From assembly GCF_018350175.1 (NCBI RefSeq), contig NC_058368.1, positions 16,122,001-16,186,000 of the forward strand: a stretch of DNA of 64,000 nt. The letters run 5' to 3'. Each line of letters begins with the position of its first letter. Positions within the stretch are counted from its first letter, which is position 1. This document shows, one piece after another, positions 25,001 through 36,579 of this stretch. The position numbers and the translations under genes were made by a program. Source of the DNA: Felis catus. Taxonomy: Eukaryota. The notes below the pieces were generated by a model. It was not told the DNA's origin, did not search any database, and saw only the letters and a program-made list of their open reading frames with translations.

Positions 25001-25429
25001 AGGAAACTAGAAGTTTAAATTACCTTTCAAGTTGACTGAATCAAATGCCCACAAATAACAGCTATATAGGAGTTACTTCTTTAAGAGCTATATTCTTAGA
25101 AAATATTTTGAGTATATAATTCACCAGCCTTCCAAACCTTATACGAATATAGAATGAGAAAAATAAATTACATTTTTTCCCCATCTTTGAGTGTTGGTGT
25201 TCTCTGTGAGGCTTGCTGGTTGATGGCTTTGCCAGGGCTCCATTTCTGGTTAATACTAGGCTGTTATTCTCAAATGTCAGAATTTATATTGGATGCAAAG
25301 CTCTGTGTAGCACACAGGCTTGAAATCATTCAAGTTTTTTTCACTTTTTCTACAAACACTTGGTGTCCTTTGTGTATTTGATGACATGGTTTACTGTTCT
25401 TGAAGAGGAGGTTAGTGGTTCGCAGCTGC

Positions 25430-25475
25430 AGAGTGGAATTTAAGAGTTTGGTAGAGTGAAATTTAAGAGTTTGGT
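25430..25475. repeat. 23-bp tandem duplication
   Basis: agagtgRaatttaagagtttggt x2, one mismatch. Confidence 0.95.
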
Positions 25476-26059
25476 ATATACTTGGGTTCTAGGGCTGCAA
25501 ATATACTGTCTTTATCTCATCCAAACATTGAATGAAGTGGTCATTTTATGAAAGAAAACAAATCCAGAAACCAGAATACACTCTAAGACTCAAGAATGTA
25601 CAAAATAAGATTTTAGATGACAGTTATCTATTGAAAAATACACAAGTTACCATTTTTTTCCAAAAATGTTTTCGAATATATTTTTTTGCAGAACTTCTAC
25701 CAGGAATTGTATGCATATTACACATATTCCCGTTATGTGACGGGAATATACACAATGGATTGGAAAGCCAAGACCAATGGCAATGATCGTGAAAACTTGC
25801 TTTGGGTCAGACAGAGTGGGCTTACTTACTTAAGAAACTTGTAGTTTTGTTGAAAGGTTTGTTTACAAAATCTTCTTCCTATAGTTCACTGAGTTAGATG
25901 GTTGCTAGGTAGTCTAATCTGGGAAGCTCTAAAGTTATACCTTTACACATAACTCTCAGTAGAAATCATAGAATCCTTTCCTCCCCCTAATTAGAGTCAA
26001 GTGCTCTATCTTATCTTAGTTATGTTTTCTGGTTAATAGAATATTAGAAATGATATCAA

Positions 26060-26300
26060 GGGGCAGCATAACTGTGGTTTATGGCCTTTGGAGTCAGGCA
26101 GCCTAAGACTGTACCCCAGCTCTGTCTCTGATAAGCTGTCCCACCATGAGTAATTTGTTTGATCTTGCTGAGTTCAGTTTGCTCATCTGCAAAATAGAGG
26201 TAATAGTATTTTGAGCCTCTCAGCATTTTTGTGAGAAATAAATGAGACATTGCATGTAAAGCATGTAGTGAATGGAACATATTAGTTAAGCAAATAATCA
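26060..26300 (+). mobile_element. MIR, near full length
   Basis: 'tttggagtcaggcagcct...ctgagttcagtttgctcatctgcaaaatagagg...tgtgagaaataaatgaga...catgtaaagca'. Confidence 0.9.
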
Positions 26301-27599
26301 TAGTGGTGAGGATGATGATCTAAATTAATATATTAATATTGTAGACTATTTTCAAGTTTGTGGGAGCCATATGTCACTGCATATTCTTTTCTCCCAAGAC
26401 ATAGAATTGGCTTAGAATGATATAGTGAATTATTTTAAACAAAGGTGACACATCGTAAATATATCATTATCATTTTTTCATATTTTTGTATTTATAATAA
26501 AGGTTCAAATCCAGGCTTTTATGTATAACTTTTTAATATTCAATCTTTTAAGACTCCAGGATTTAGTAAGTGGCATACATCATTCCTCTCTCAGTATAGA
26601 GGAAGTTAAAAGTTTTAGGAAGTTAGAATGTAAAGAAATAATGTGAAGGCTTACATGAATAATTTTTTTTCTCTTTTCTTTTTCATTTTTTTTTGTAACA
26701 AAATTAAACTTAGTTAGTTAACAGGTTCAATTTAAAGAAGTAAATAGAAGGGGAACAATGAAATAATTACCCTTGAAAACAGAATCAGCTTTGCTTGTTC
26801 AGATTTCCAAATTGCCTTAGCTCCTTTAGCAGCTCTAAAGAAGTAAACAATACCATTTACTTCTGCCAATCAGGAAAGCACTTATCTCCATTTTCCTTGT
26901 GTCAAAGAGCCTTGATTAAACAACTAAGATCCTACTTAAGATTTGAATCAGAGACCCGTGGAAGGAGAAAGTCTGTCCATAGACCTGAGCCTGCCACGTT
27001 TCAGTATGTGCCAGACATTTGGTTTTGGTTGAATGAATTGGCAAGTGGGGGTCTAGATTTTCTAAAAAAATTAATTATTGCACTGATTTGGTAAAAGTGG
27101 TTGAGATAATTTGGGGCAGAGATTAGGCTATATGCTGACCGTCTGTGATTTATGTGATAAGCCAATCCCTCCAGCATTTCTCAGGAAATTGACTATTAAA
27201 ACATGTAATGAGTAAATGATTGCCAAATGACTAAATTTTGGTAAATAGTGGCTTATTTATGCAAATTGTTATTGCAATTAAGATGTAAATTCTTTCTAGT
27301 GTAATTCATAACTCTTTTAAAAATACTTTATCTTAATATTCTATTTTTCCTTTTGATAGCAGAAAAATTATTTCCTTTACATGGATAATATAATATGTTG
27401 GGTAGATAGGGTTTACCTAGGTTGTAATTTGGTTTCTTAAAACCAAGAAGTATATATTTTCATAACTGTGATTATCAGTTAGCATTTTCCTTAATCCACA
27501 TATTGAATGTTCTGTGAAACAAATGATAAAGCCATAGTTTCACAGTTTATAAGTCTATGACAAATATGGAAAATGTTTATTTTCAATCTTCAAGCAGGG

Positions 27600-28150
27600 T
27601 GAGATCTCCAGTCAAAGTCTTTATTTCTCCCTTTTCTTTGTCCTTTATTCAGACTCAAAACAATGGGATGGTCTTACTCTTCCTCCCTCTCCCCTTATAC
27701 TCAGCAACCTGAGCCTGTTGAGAGATGATTCCTCTTATTTCTGTGCTTTCCTTTCACTCCACAATATGTGAATGTCTCATCTGATGCAATCACGTCCTGT
27801 CAGTCTTGCCTCCACGTTGTACCCACAGCTAGCAGACTAAACTTCCCAAGCACCAGTGCACACCTACCTGTGCTCAAGGGTCCTGCGGACTTCCTATTTC
27901 CTGGTGAAAACTTTCATATTCAGACTCACAAATATTACCACTTATACTTGTCTTCTCCTTTAATGATACTTACACAGCCCCCTGCTCCTGCCAAAGTGGT
28001 TGCCTGTGCTCCAGTTCTTGCTCTGTGCCTCACTCCCATGACATCATCCTCACCCTGCCTCTCAGGATGTTGACGTCCTCCCACCATTCTGGATCCAGTT
28101 TAAGGTTATCTCTTCCTAGAAAACTTCCTAGACTTCCCCACGATTTATCT
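27600..28150 (+). mobile_element. L2 fragment
   Basis: Pyrimidine-rich degenerate L2-like sequence. Confidence 0.5.
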
Positions 28151-28609
28151 TTCCTGTTCCCTTTCTTTTCTAAGTCCCAGAAATCTTATTGTGTCTGTCA
28201 CTAGATAGGTAACTAGCTTTTGAGAGGGAAGGTGGCAGACAGAGAACTAACCTCTCCTGAGCATCTGTCATGAAGCATTATGATGCAGCCTTACATATGT
28301 GTCAGCTAATTGTTACCACCTCTGAAAGTAGGGGCTCAGGGAGGTCAAGTGATTTTTATATAAACATTTAGCTGAAGTGGTTTGTTCAGAGTTTAAAATC
28401 AAGTCATCTGACCTCAAAATTCAAATTCTTTTTTTTAAATCATCTTAGCCAATCACTCCAAATATAGTAAATGAAGGAGAGGATCTTTCATTTGAAATTT
28501 CTATTCATCATTCATTAGCCAATACATATCTAGCAGGCCCTTACTATGTGGTAGACACTGTTGTATAAGCTCTGGGGGGGCGGGTATTCAGATGGTGATG
28601 ATGGCAGTG

Positions 28610-28840
28610 GTAGTAGTTGTTAACATATCTATAGGAGTTGTGTGCCAGGCACAGTTCTAAATAATCTATATATTATATCTAATTATTCTTGGCAATGATT
28701 CCATGAGGAAGGTTCTAGCACTGTTCTTTTTATACTTGAGGAAACAGGTATAGAGAAGGTAAGGGGCTTCTTCAACAACACGTAGTAATGAGCAGCACTG
28801 GATTCGATTTAGGAGCACTGGCTCTTAAGCACAGTACTGG
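28610..28840 (-). mobile_element. MIR
   Basis: 'tgtgccaggcacagttctaa...tgaggaaacagg...agagaaggtaag'. Confidence 0.75.
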
Positions 28841-28944
28841 CCTGATCCTCAAACAAAGAAGACCTAATCCTTGTCTTCAAGATGACAGGACTAGTATGTT
28901 GTATCAGTTTATTCTTATTTCTATCCATGAATAGTTAAGTAGGG

Positions 28945-29001
28945 CAATGTGTAAGATATATATTATGTGTAAGATATATATTACAATGTGTAAGATATAT
29001 T
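28945..29001. repeat. Three-copy ~19-bp tandem repeat
   Basis: atgtgtaagatatat(att) x3. Confidence 0.9.
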
Positions 29002-29085
29002 ATTTACATATTTTATTCTATAAGATTTGGATTAAGGACTTTCTTCATTCTTTTGAATACCTTAAATGAATGATAATTTATTTTT

Positions 29086-29305
29086 ATTTTTATTATTTTT
29101 TTAATATTTATTTTTGTGTGTGAGAGAGAGAGAGAGCATGAGTGAGGGAGGGGCAGAGAGAGAGAGGGAGACATAGAATCTGAAACAGGCTCCAGGCTCT
29201 AAGCTGTCAACACAGAGCCCGAGGTGGGGCTCGAAGTCAAGAACTGTGAAATCATGACCTGAGCCAAAGTCAGACGCTTAACTGACTGAGCCACCCAGGT
29301 GCCCC
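29086..29305 (-). mobile_element. CanSINE inserted into the tail of the next SINE
   Basis: TSD atgaKaatttattttt (29070-29085, 29307-29322). Confidence 0.95.
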
Positions 29306-29322
29306 TATGAGAATTTATTTTT

Positions 29323-29522
29323 TAAAAATTTTTACTTAATTTTGAGAGCGAGTGAGCACAAGTGGGGGAGGGGCAGAAAGAGAGGGAGAAAGAAAGGGAG
29401 GATCCCAGGCAGGCTCCACAACATCAGCACGGAGCCCGACATAGGGCTCCATTCATGAGGTCATGACCTGAGCCGAAATCAGGAGTCTGAAGCATAACTG
29501 ACTGAACCACCCCAGGCGGCCC
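29323..29522 (-). mobile_element. Older CanSINE
   Basis: Antisense copy; degenerate TSD ttaaatRaatgRtaattt. Confidence 0.92.
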
Positions 29523-29583
29523 TTAAATAAATGGTAATTTAAATAGGTAGCATTTCTCTCAGTCTTTAAAAAGTCAAACTACA

Positions 29584-29800
29584 GGGGCGCCTGGGTGGCG
29601 CAGTCGGTTAAGCGTCCGACTTCAGCCAGGTCACGATCTCGCGGTCCGTGAGTTCGAGCCCCGCGTCGGGCTCTGGGCTGATGGCTCAGAGCCTGGAGCC
29701 TGTTTCCGATTCTGTGTCTCCCTCTCTCTCTGCCCCTCCCCCGTTCATGCTCTGTCTCTCTCTGTCCCAAAAATAAATAAAAACGTTGAAAAAAAAATTT
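29584..29800 (+). mobile_element. Very young SINEC_Fc
   Basis: CpGs retained; perfect TSD aaaaagtcaaactaca (29568-29583, 29801-29816). Confidence 0.98.
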
Positions 29801-29992
29801 AAAAAGTCAAACTACAGATCTAAATTTCAGATGTAAACCATCCCTAAGATATCATTTGTCCCATGGCCATGACAAAGCTTGAGTAACATTTACTCATTGA
29901 CTAACATTAACTTTACTCAAGTTGGCAAAATCAACAAGTAATGTCAGAAAGCTATTTTGTCATCTAATTTGGATTAGATCAATGATATTCTT

Positions 29993-30218
29993 TTTTTTTT
30001 TTAATTTTTTTTCAAAGTTTTTTATTTATTTTTGGGACAGAGAGAGACAGAGCATGAACGGGGGAGGGGCAGAGAGAGAGGGAGACACAGAATCGGAAGC
30101 AGGCTCCAGGCTCCGAGCCATCAGCCCAGAGCCCGACGCGGGGCTCGAACTCACGGACTGCGAGATCGTGACCTGGCTGAAGTCGGACGCTTAACCAACT
30201 GCGCCACCCAGGCGCCCC
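29993..30218 (-). mobile_element. Very young SINEC_Fc
   Basis: CpG-rich; perfect 18-bp TSD tagatcaatgatattctt (29975-29992, 30219-30236). Confidence 0.98.
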
Positions 30219-30741
30219 TAGATCAATGATATTCTTGAAGGCTTTTTTGAGTATGAATATATATTCTCCAAATTGTTTGCTTGTATTATCCAATCCCAAC
30301 TAATGCAAAGGTTGACTAAAAAAACAGTTAGTAAAATGCTGTAAAATAATAAGTGCCACATTTAACAAAGTTTGTAGAGGACACATGCCCTGTGAGCTCT
30401 TTCTCTCATGACTTGACAGCTATCGTAAAAGAAGAGCAGAGGACTTCCTTACTTCTGTCTGTAGGGATGTCTGCCTACACATGGACAACATGGCAGCCTA
30501 CAGCTGGACTCCCAAGGCATTTCTGGCTTCACGCAGATACTGTGAAAACTGTGTAAAAGGTCCTCTTATCTTTCCAAATGGCTTCAAAACCTCTTTTCCA
30601 TCTCAAACGGTATCTATATCTACTTGGAGTCTCTGACTCATATGTTAGGGCGAACTTTTCTTTTTATACTCATCCTTATGGTAATAACAAAAAACATTTC
30701 CAGGAGAAAAATGAATATTTTTGTGTGTGCATTGGCTTGTG

Positions 30742-30954
30742 TTTAAATGTTTATTTATTTTTAAGAGAGAGAGAGAGAGGAAGACAGAGTGTGAGCAGGG
30801 GAGGGGCAGAGAGAGGGAGACCCAGAATCCGAAGCAGGCTTCAGGCTCTGAGCTGTCAGCCCAGAGCCCAATGCGGGGCTTGAACCCACGAACTGTGAGA
30901 TCATGACCTGAGCTGAAGTTGGACACTTAACCGATTGAGCCAGCCAGGCGCTAC
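30742..30954 (-). mobile_element. CanSINE
   Basis: TSD tgcattggcttgtRttt. Confidence 0.95.
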
Positions 30955-31179
30955 TGCATTGGCTTGTATTTAAAGTCTATGTTATTTCCTGGATTCTAGA
31001 CTTATGGTACATTTTGAAGGATAAGCCGGCTGGGCTTTGTTTAGACTTGAGCAGTTGAGCAAAATGCAGCACTGTTGGTAGATGACCATCCCTATCCATT
31101 TTCTTCTAGAAAGAACAGGCCTATCAGAAGTACCATTTTCATTTTCACATCTACCCTCAGGCTCAGTAAATGAAGAAGG

Positions 31180-31390
31180 CAAGGAACATTTATTAAGCAT
31201 GAGTACCTGCCATAAACTACACCAGCCCTTGATGAACACATCATCTTGATGATGACTTTATTTAATAATTCGTAGGACCTAATGAGATTGGCATGTTATT
31301 GTATTCATTTTATAGAGACACAAAATGAGAGTTAAAGTCAGCCTCAAAGCAGCATATTTGGGGTGCCACAACCCTAATCCGAATTAACTT
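31180..31390 (-). mobile_element. MIR
   Basis: 'aacatttattaagcatgagtacctgcca...cattttatagaga'. Confidence 0.6.
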
Positions 31391-31394
31391 TAAC

Positions 31395-31432
<38 letters not shown>

Positions 31433-32553
31433 GGCCAGTGGTACCTGGTGAGGGTGGAGATGGGACCTACAACAAGCACAAATTGATTCAGTGTCATGGA
31501 TGTTTTCTCTCTTGCTCCTGGTTCCATTTGCCTCCTTCTCCCTCTCTGGCATGTATCTCAGTTACGTTTTCTTCTGTGAGTTGCCCTCACTTTTTTTTCG
31601 TTTGTTTGTTTGTTTTCAACTAGACATGGGCCTTCTTTATAAAAGGCAATTGATAAGGAGGCTGTGTTGCCATTAACTATGTGAGACATTTGTAGAGAGC
31701 CCTGTGTTCTCTTAGGAGGAGCCTCAACGGTAAGTTGAATGGCTTGAAACTGAGATGACCTTCTCACTGTCCTTCTTAGATGCCCACCCAGGGACCATTC
31801 ACACCCTTCTCTCTCATCTCATTTTGCCTTTACATATCTCCCCTAATAATTCCTAATTTATCTGTACCTTTAGGAACCAATGCCAGCTAAGAGAGAGAAA
31901 CTATAATTGTCTGCCTGAGTTTCACCATTTGAAATAAAAAAGCTAAGCTCTAAAAGTGAAAGGGAAAACAAAATTGCAAATACAAAACGTTACCATCCCC
32001 CACGTTGCAAATCATTCCCCCACACATCTGTAATGGGGAAAAGGTGAAAGGATGAAGATACGTCAGAAAACTGAGCTTCAATTTAAATGTACTGCTTATT
32101 TCTAAGGGACATTGGCATTGTTCTTTGATAAGTGTAACTGAGAAATTCTAAGATTATTTCAAGTGGAGAAGGTGGCAACCAATTAGCACCTCAATAGTCA
32201 CCTGCTAATACCTTCTCTTACTCTTGCAGCCTGGGCAGGTGGCTCTTTTAAGTTTAGCCACTCCAGGAGAAAGGGCATTTCTCTTGAATGTCTGAAAAAG
32301 ACCACTTCAAGGAAAGGGCTCTTATTCACTTGCTTGGGTTGCATGCCTGTTTCTGGACCTATTGTTGCAATTAGTGTCATAAGATACTGTGATTGGTCAG
32401 GCCCGGTCAGGATAGGGGTTCCTCCTGGTGGGCTGAGTATGAGTATCTGTGTATGTGGCTTTATTTTACATCAAAATGTTTGTATATAAAATTAAGGCTG
32501 AAGATAAATATTTTGAACTTTTTCTACTGACTCTTTAAAAAATAGTTTTGGCA

Positions 32554-32755
32554 GGGGCGCTTGGGTGGCTCAGTTGGTTGGGCGTCTGCCTTCAGCTCAG
32601 GTCATGATCTCATGATTTGTGGGTTCGAGCCCCACATCGGGCACTGTGCTGACAGCTCAGAGCCTGGAGCCTATTTAAGATTCTGTGTCTCCTCTCTTTC
32701 TCCCCCTCCCCTGCTCACTCTCTCTCTCAAAAATAAATAAACACTAAAAAAAATT
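32554..32755 (+). mobile_element. CanSINE
   Basis: ggggcgcttgggtggctcag head, CT tract, aataaataaac tail. Confidence 0.95.
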
Positions 32756-33829
32756 TTTTTAAATACTTTCGATGTATTTTAGTGATAATGGATAGCTATC
32801 ACAAAGTATCTAAAGATAGTTATAAATTTGTTACAAAAATGAGTATTTAATTCTAGAAACTGTACCTTATTGCTCAAGGGGATTTTTAGAGTCAACAAGA
32901 TGCCTTCTCCAGCAAATGTGCCTTGAGATGTAGCATAGATCCTGACAGGAAAAAATAAAAACTCAAAAATTTTCCTGAGGGATAATCCTACTCCAGTTTA
33001 TAGGAAGAAAATGTTATTCTGTGGATCCAATAGAGTCATTATACAGATATTTTCACATACGCTAATTTTTCCATTGACATTTAATTTTTAGTTTAACAGG
33101 ACAAACTGAAACAATTTTTTTTTGAGGAAAGGAGAGTTATTTCATTTTGTAATTACTACTATTATTCGTATTTCTGGTGTGTAATGTGTTTTTAAAAATA
33201 AGAGCCTTTTCCTAAGAATTGTTGCTCAGAGTATGTAACTGAGCATGAAAAGAGAAAGAAGGTTCTGGTCAGCATCCTAGACCCTCCTATGTACCTTGAA
33301 AATAGGATTTGGCAGTTTCTTAAGTTTTTGTAAAACATAATTCTTGTTTCAATTCATGTTGTAAATGAGCAATTTGGTATGTTTTGAGGTGATCTCAGTA
33401 AGATGAGTGCAGCGTGACCTTCAGGTGCAGAAAAGTAGTAGGTAAGTAAAGCGACTAAAGCTTTCTACCACTTTTTATTGAGGCGGGATATTTTTCCATG
33501 AAAAATGGTTCTTCAGCCATGGTCAGAGGCTGCTAGCAAAACAGACTCTGAAAACCTAGACTGATCTGGAGAAATCATTAACCTGCTATGATTGTGGTCA
33601 GACTGAAGACAAACTGAGAGCATTGCTTTGTCCAAAATATGTATCTGGGCTGTCTGACGTATACTGCCAAGGGAGGTGTTGTTCCTTGGAGCTAGGGTTG
33701 AGAATGGGCTTTGATTCTAAGCTATAAATGTGCATAAGAAAAGCCAAGATGGACTCTTCGACTTAGTTCTGTGGGATCTCATCTGGTTCTATTACTTTAC
33801 TTCCTTAATAGACTTATTTCTAAAATACA

Positions 33830-34900
33830 TTCATTCATTTAATAGATCTTTCCTGAGTATTTACACCAAATCTAAGCATGGGGATGTTAAAAGATGAATA
33901 AGAGTGCCATGGATGCTGTATAATTCACACAGTACTTTCAGGCTCTTCTCACAGAACTTATGTTCCAGTGTAGAGCAACAGAAAACAAACAAATGATCCC
34001 TATGCAAATATGACAGAGATTTCAAGGGGTGATACATGATTGGGATTAAAATTAAGCAATGTAAGAGAATTGAGAGTGGCCTGAGTCAGTCCTGTCTTAG
34101 ATAGGGTGATCTGACGAGGTGAGACTGAATTTAGTGAAAAGAGCCACATTAACACCTGGATAAAGAGGGTGCTAGCCAGAGGGGAGAGCAAGTACAGCAG
34201 CCACGAGGCAGAACCATTTTTTGGTAGATTTGAAAAGGAGCAGAGAAGCCAGCATGACTGTAGGCGAAACCACAGGCAGCATGGGAGAAGAAGAGATTTG
34301 AGAAGTAGTTGGTGAGTTTGGGTAGGGCTTTGTAGTCTGAGGTATGGGTTTAGAGTGAGATGGAAAGGTATGGGAGAAGAGAGCTTGATCAGAACATGAT
34401 CTGACTTAGGTTCTGCAAGGATCCCCGTAGGGTGGGATGGGGCTGGGGAACGTAGAATCAACCTCTGGAAGCTGTTGCAGCAGTCCCATGGAGGACAATT
34501 TAACTTGGGTTAGGATTAGTGCTGGAGTGGGAAGAAGAGGTTGGATTCAAAATATATTTTGAGGGTAGAGCAAGGTGATTTGTTGATTGATGAGTTGGTT
34601 ATAGGATGTGAAAGAAGAAGTTAAGGATGACCTTAAGACTTTCATCTAAGCTGTGGAATTATCACTTGCTGATAAGACTGAAGAGAGGTAGGAATTTGGG
34701 AGATGATTAGAAATCAACAGCTCAGTTTTGGATACACTGTTTGCTCACACTCTTTTACATACACACATACACACACTTAAGCAGAAGTGTTTGCATAGAT
34801 AGTTGAACACGTAAGTTTGAAGTTCAGGGAATAGGTCCACCTGGAATGGGAATTGTTAGTATATGGACGGTATTTAGGCCATGGGACTAGATTAGGGACC
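33830..34900 (-). mobile_element. L2 (about 1 kb)
   Basis: Starts cattcattcatttaa; 'gacatgatctgactta'-like motif, 'ggattcaaaatatattttgagggtagag', 'ttaaggatgaccttaag'. Confidence 0.85.
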
Positions 34901-35225
34901 CAGAGGGTGAACTTTGCATGACCTTCAGATGCAATAGACTATGATTAAAAGTATGGTAAGAACACAGTCTCACACTACCTTTAAGTTATTTATATCAAAT
35001 TGAAGATTCATCTATTCCTATTCATTCATTTGTTTATTCATCCACTATCATTTTTTTGATAAATATATACTTGGTACCCAGCCAAGCACAATACCAAGGA
35101 CACATTGAGTAAAAACACTGACACATTTGACTTGGACAATTCTACACTGTAAAATTCCTCTCCACTCCAAAGTATCAAAACCATTATGATACCAATGATT
35201 AGCTTGTAATAGATATTTCACTTTT

Positions 35226-35445
35226 TAAAAATTTTTTTTTAATGTTTATTTATTTTTGAGACAGAGAGAGACAGAGCATGAATGGGGGAGGGGCAGAGAG
35301 AGAGAGGGAGACACAGAATCAGAAGCAGGCTCCAGGCTCTGAGCCATCAGCCCAGAGCCTGACGTGGGGCTCGAACTCACGAACCGTGAGATCGTGACCT
35401 GAGCTGAAGTCGGATGCTCAACCGACTGAGCCACCCAGGCGCCCC
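35226..35445 (-). mobile_element. Young CanSINE
   Basis: Perfect TSD tagatatttcactttt. Confidence 0.97.
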
Positions 35446-36530
35446 TAGATATTTCACTTTTAATTCCTATTTCTTTTATTAACCTATTTGTTCCTGAAGA
35501 ATAAGGATAAATACCATGTTGTTAGAATTGTCTGATATGTGGCTATAAATGCTTGCTTTGGTTATATAATGGATGTAGTCCTAATATCTTGAGTGGAAAT
35601 AAGATTTTTAAAATTCACATTTTAAATCTCTGAAAAGAGTTTAGTTTTTTAAAAAATTATCCTGGTACTTTCAAATCTTAGAAAATAGCATATATGTGTT
35701 TTGGTCTCCCAATAGAATGCTGAATTTGGAATCCTTGGCTGTCTTTAGTAAAAAAATTCAGGGGGAAAAAATGAATTTATTTTAGTATAGGCCAGGAGTG
35801 TGAAAATAAGTTAACTGCACATTTTCCATATAGTTTGTAAAATATGGTTTCATGACTCATGAGACAAGGTAAGCTTTAGTAAATCCACTGGGTTGAATAA
35901 ACATGAGTTTCTAGAAGAGGTGACTGCAGAAATGGAGAAGGAGGTAACACAAAAGAAATGTGAATGATGATGTTTATTTATAGTGTAAAAACCTGCCATG
36001 GTCTGATTGGGGTTAACCCAGAGCCTGATCTTTTCTTGGGAAATGAAGGCTGTTTCCCAAGGGATACCCAAGCTTAGGGCCAGAGTCTTTCTAGCCAGAC
36101 TTTTTTTTTTTTCCTGGCTCACACAGGCTTCCATCCACTTCAGTCCAAAAAGTGAAACATTAATGACTCTTCACGTAAAAAGTTATAAAATTACTGGAAA
36201 GAGAAATTGGACAGATGCTCTGGCCCTTTTCAGATATTTACAGAACTAAAGTCCAGCTAAGACTTCACCAGCAATAGGTCCAACTCAGTAGGTCAGAAAC
36301 CACTTCCATATAATTTCAGCTATAGGCTGTGTATCCCTAACTTTCGGTGATTTTAATCAGTTCAGGCACCAATCAGTCATTTCAGTGAGGGGAGAGACAC
36401 AAAGCATACATGCAAATACAAAACAAAAATGGTCAAGGTAGTTTTTTATTTGTTTGATTAACTTCTGTGGAGATATATGTATATGGCTTGTACATTTTTT
36501 AAGTTGTAACTTTTAAGTTGTAAAACATTG

Positions 36531-36531
<1 letters not shown>

Positions 36532-36577
<46 letters not shown>
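36532..36577. repeat. (TA)n microsatellite
   Basis: Direct reading. Confidence 0.99.

Positions 36578-36579
<2 letters not shown>

Noticed and set aside
34000..34461. 153-aa ORF on the minus strand
   Set aside because: Lies inside a degenerate L2; Leu/Ser-rich composition reflects the pyrimidine-rich strand
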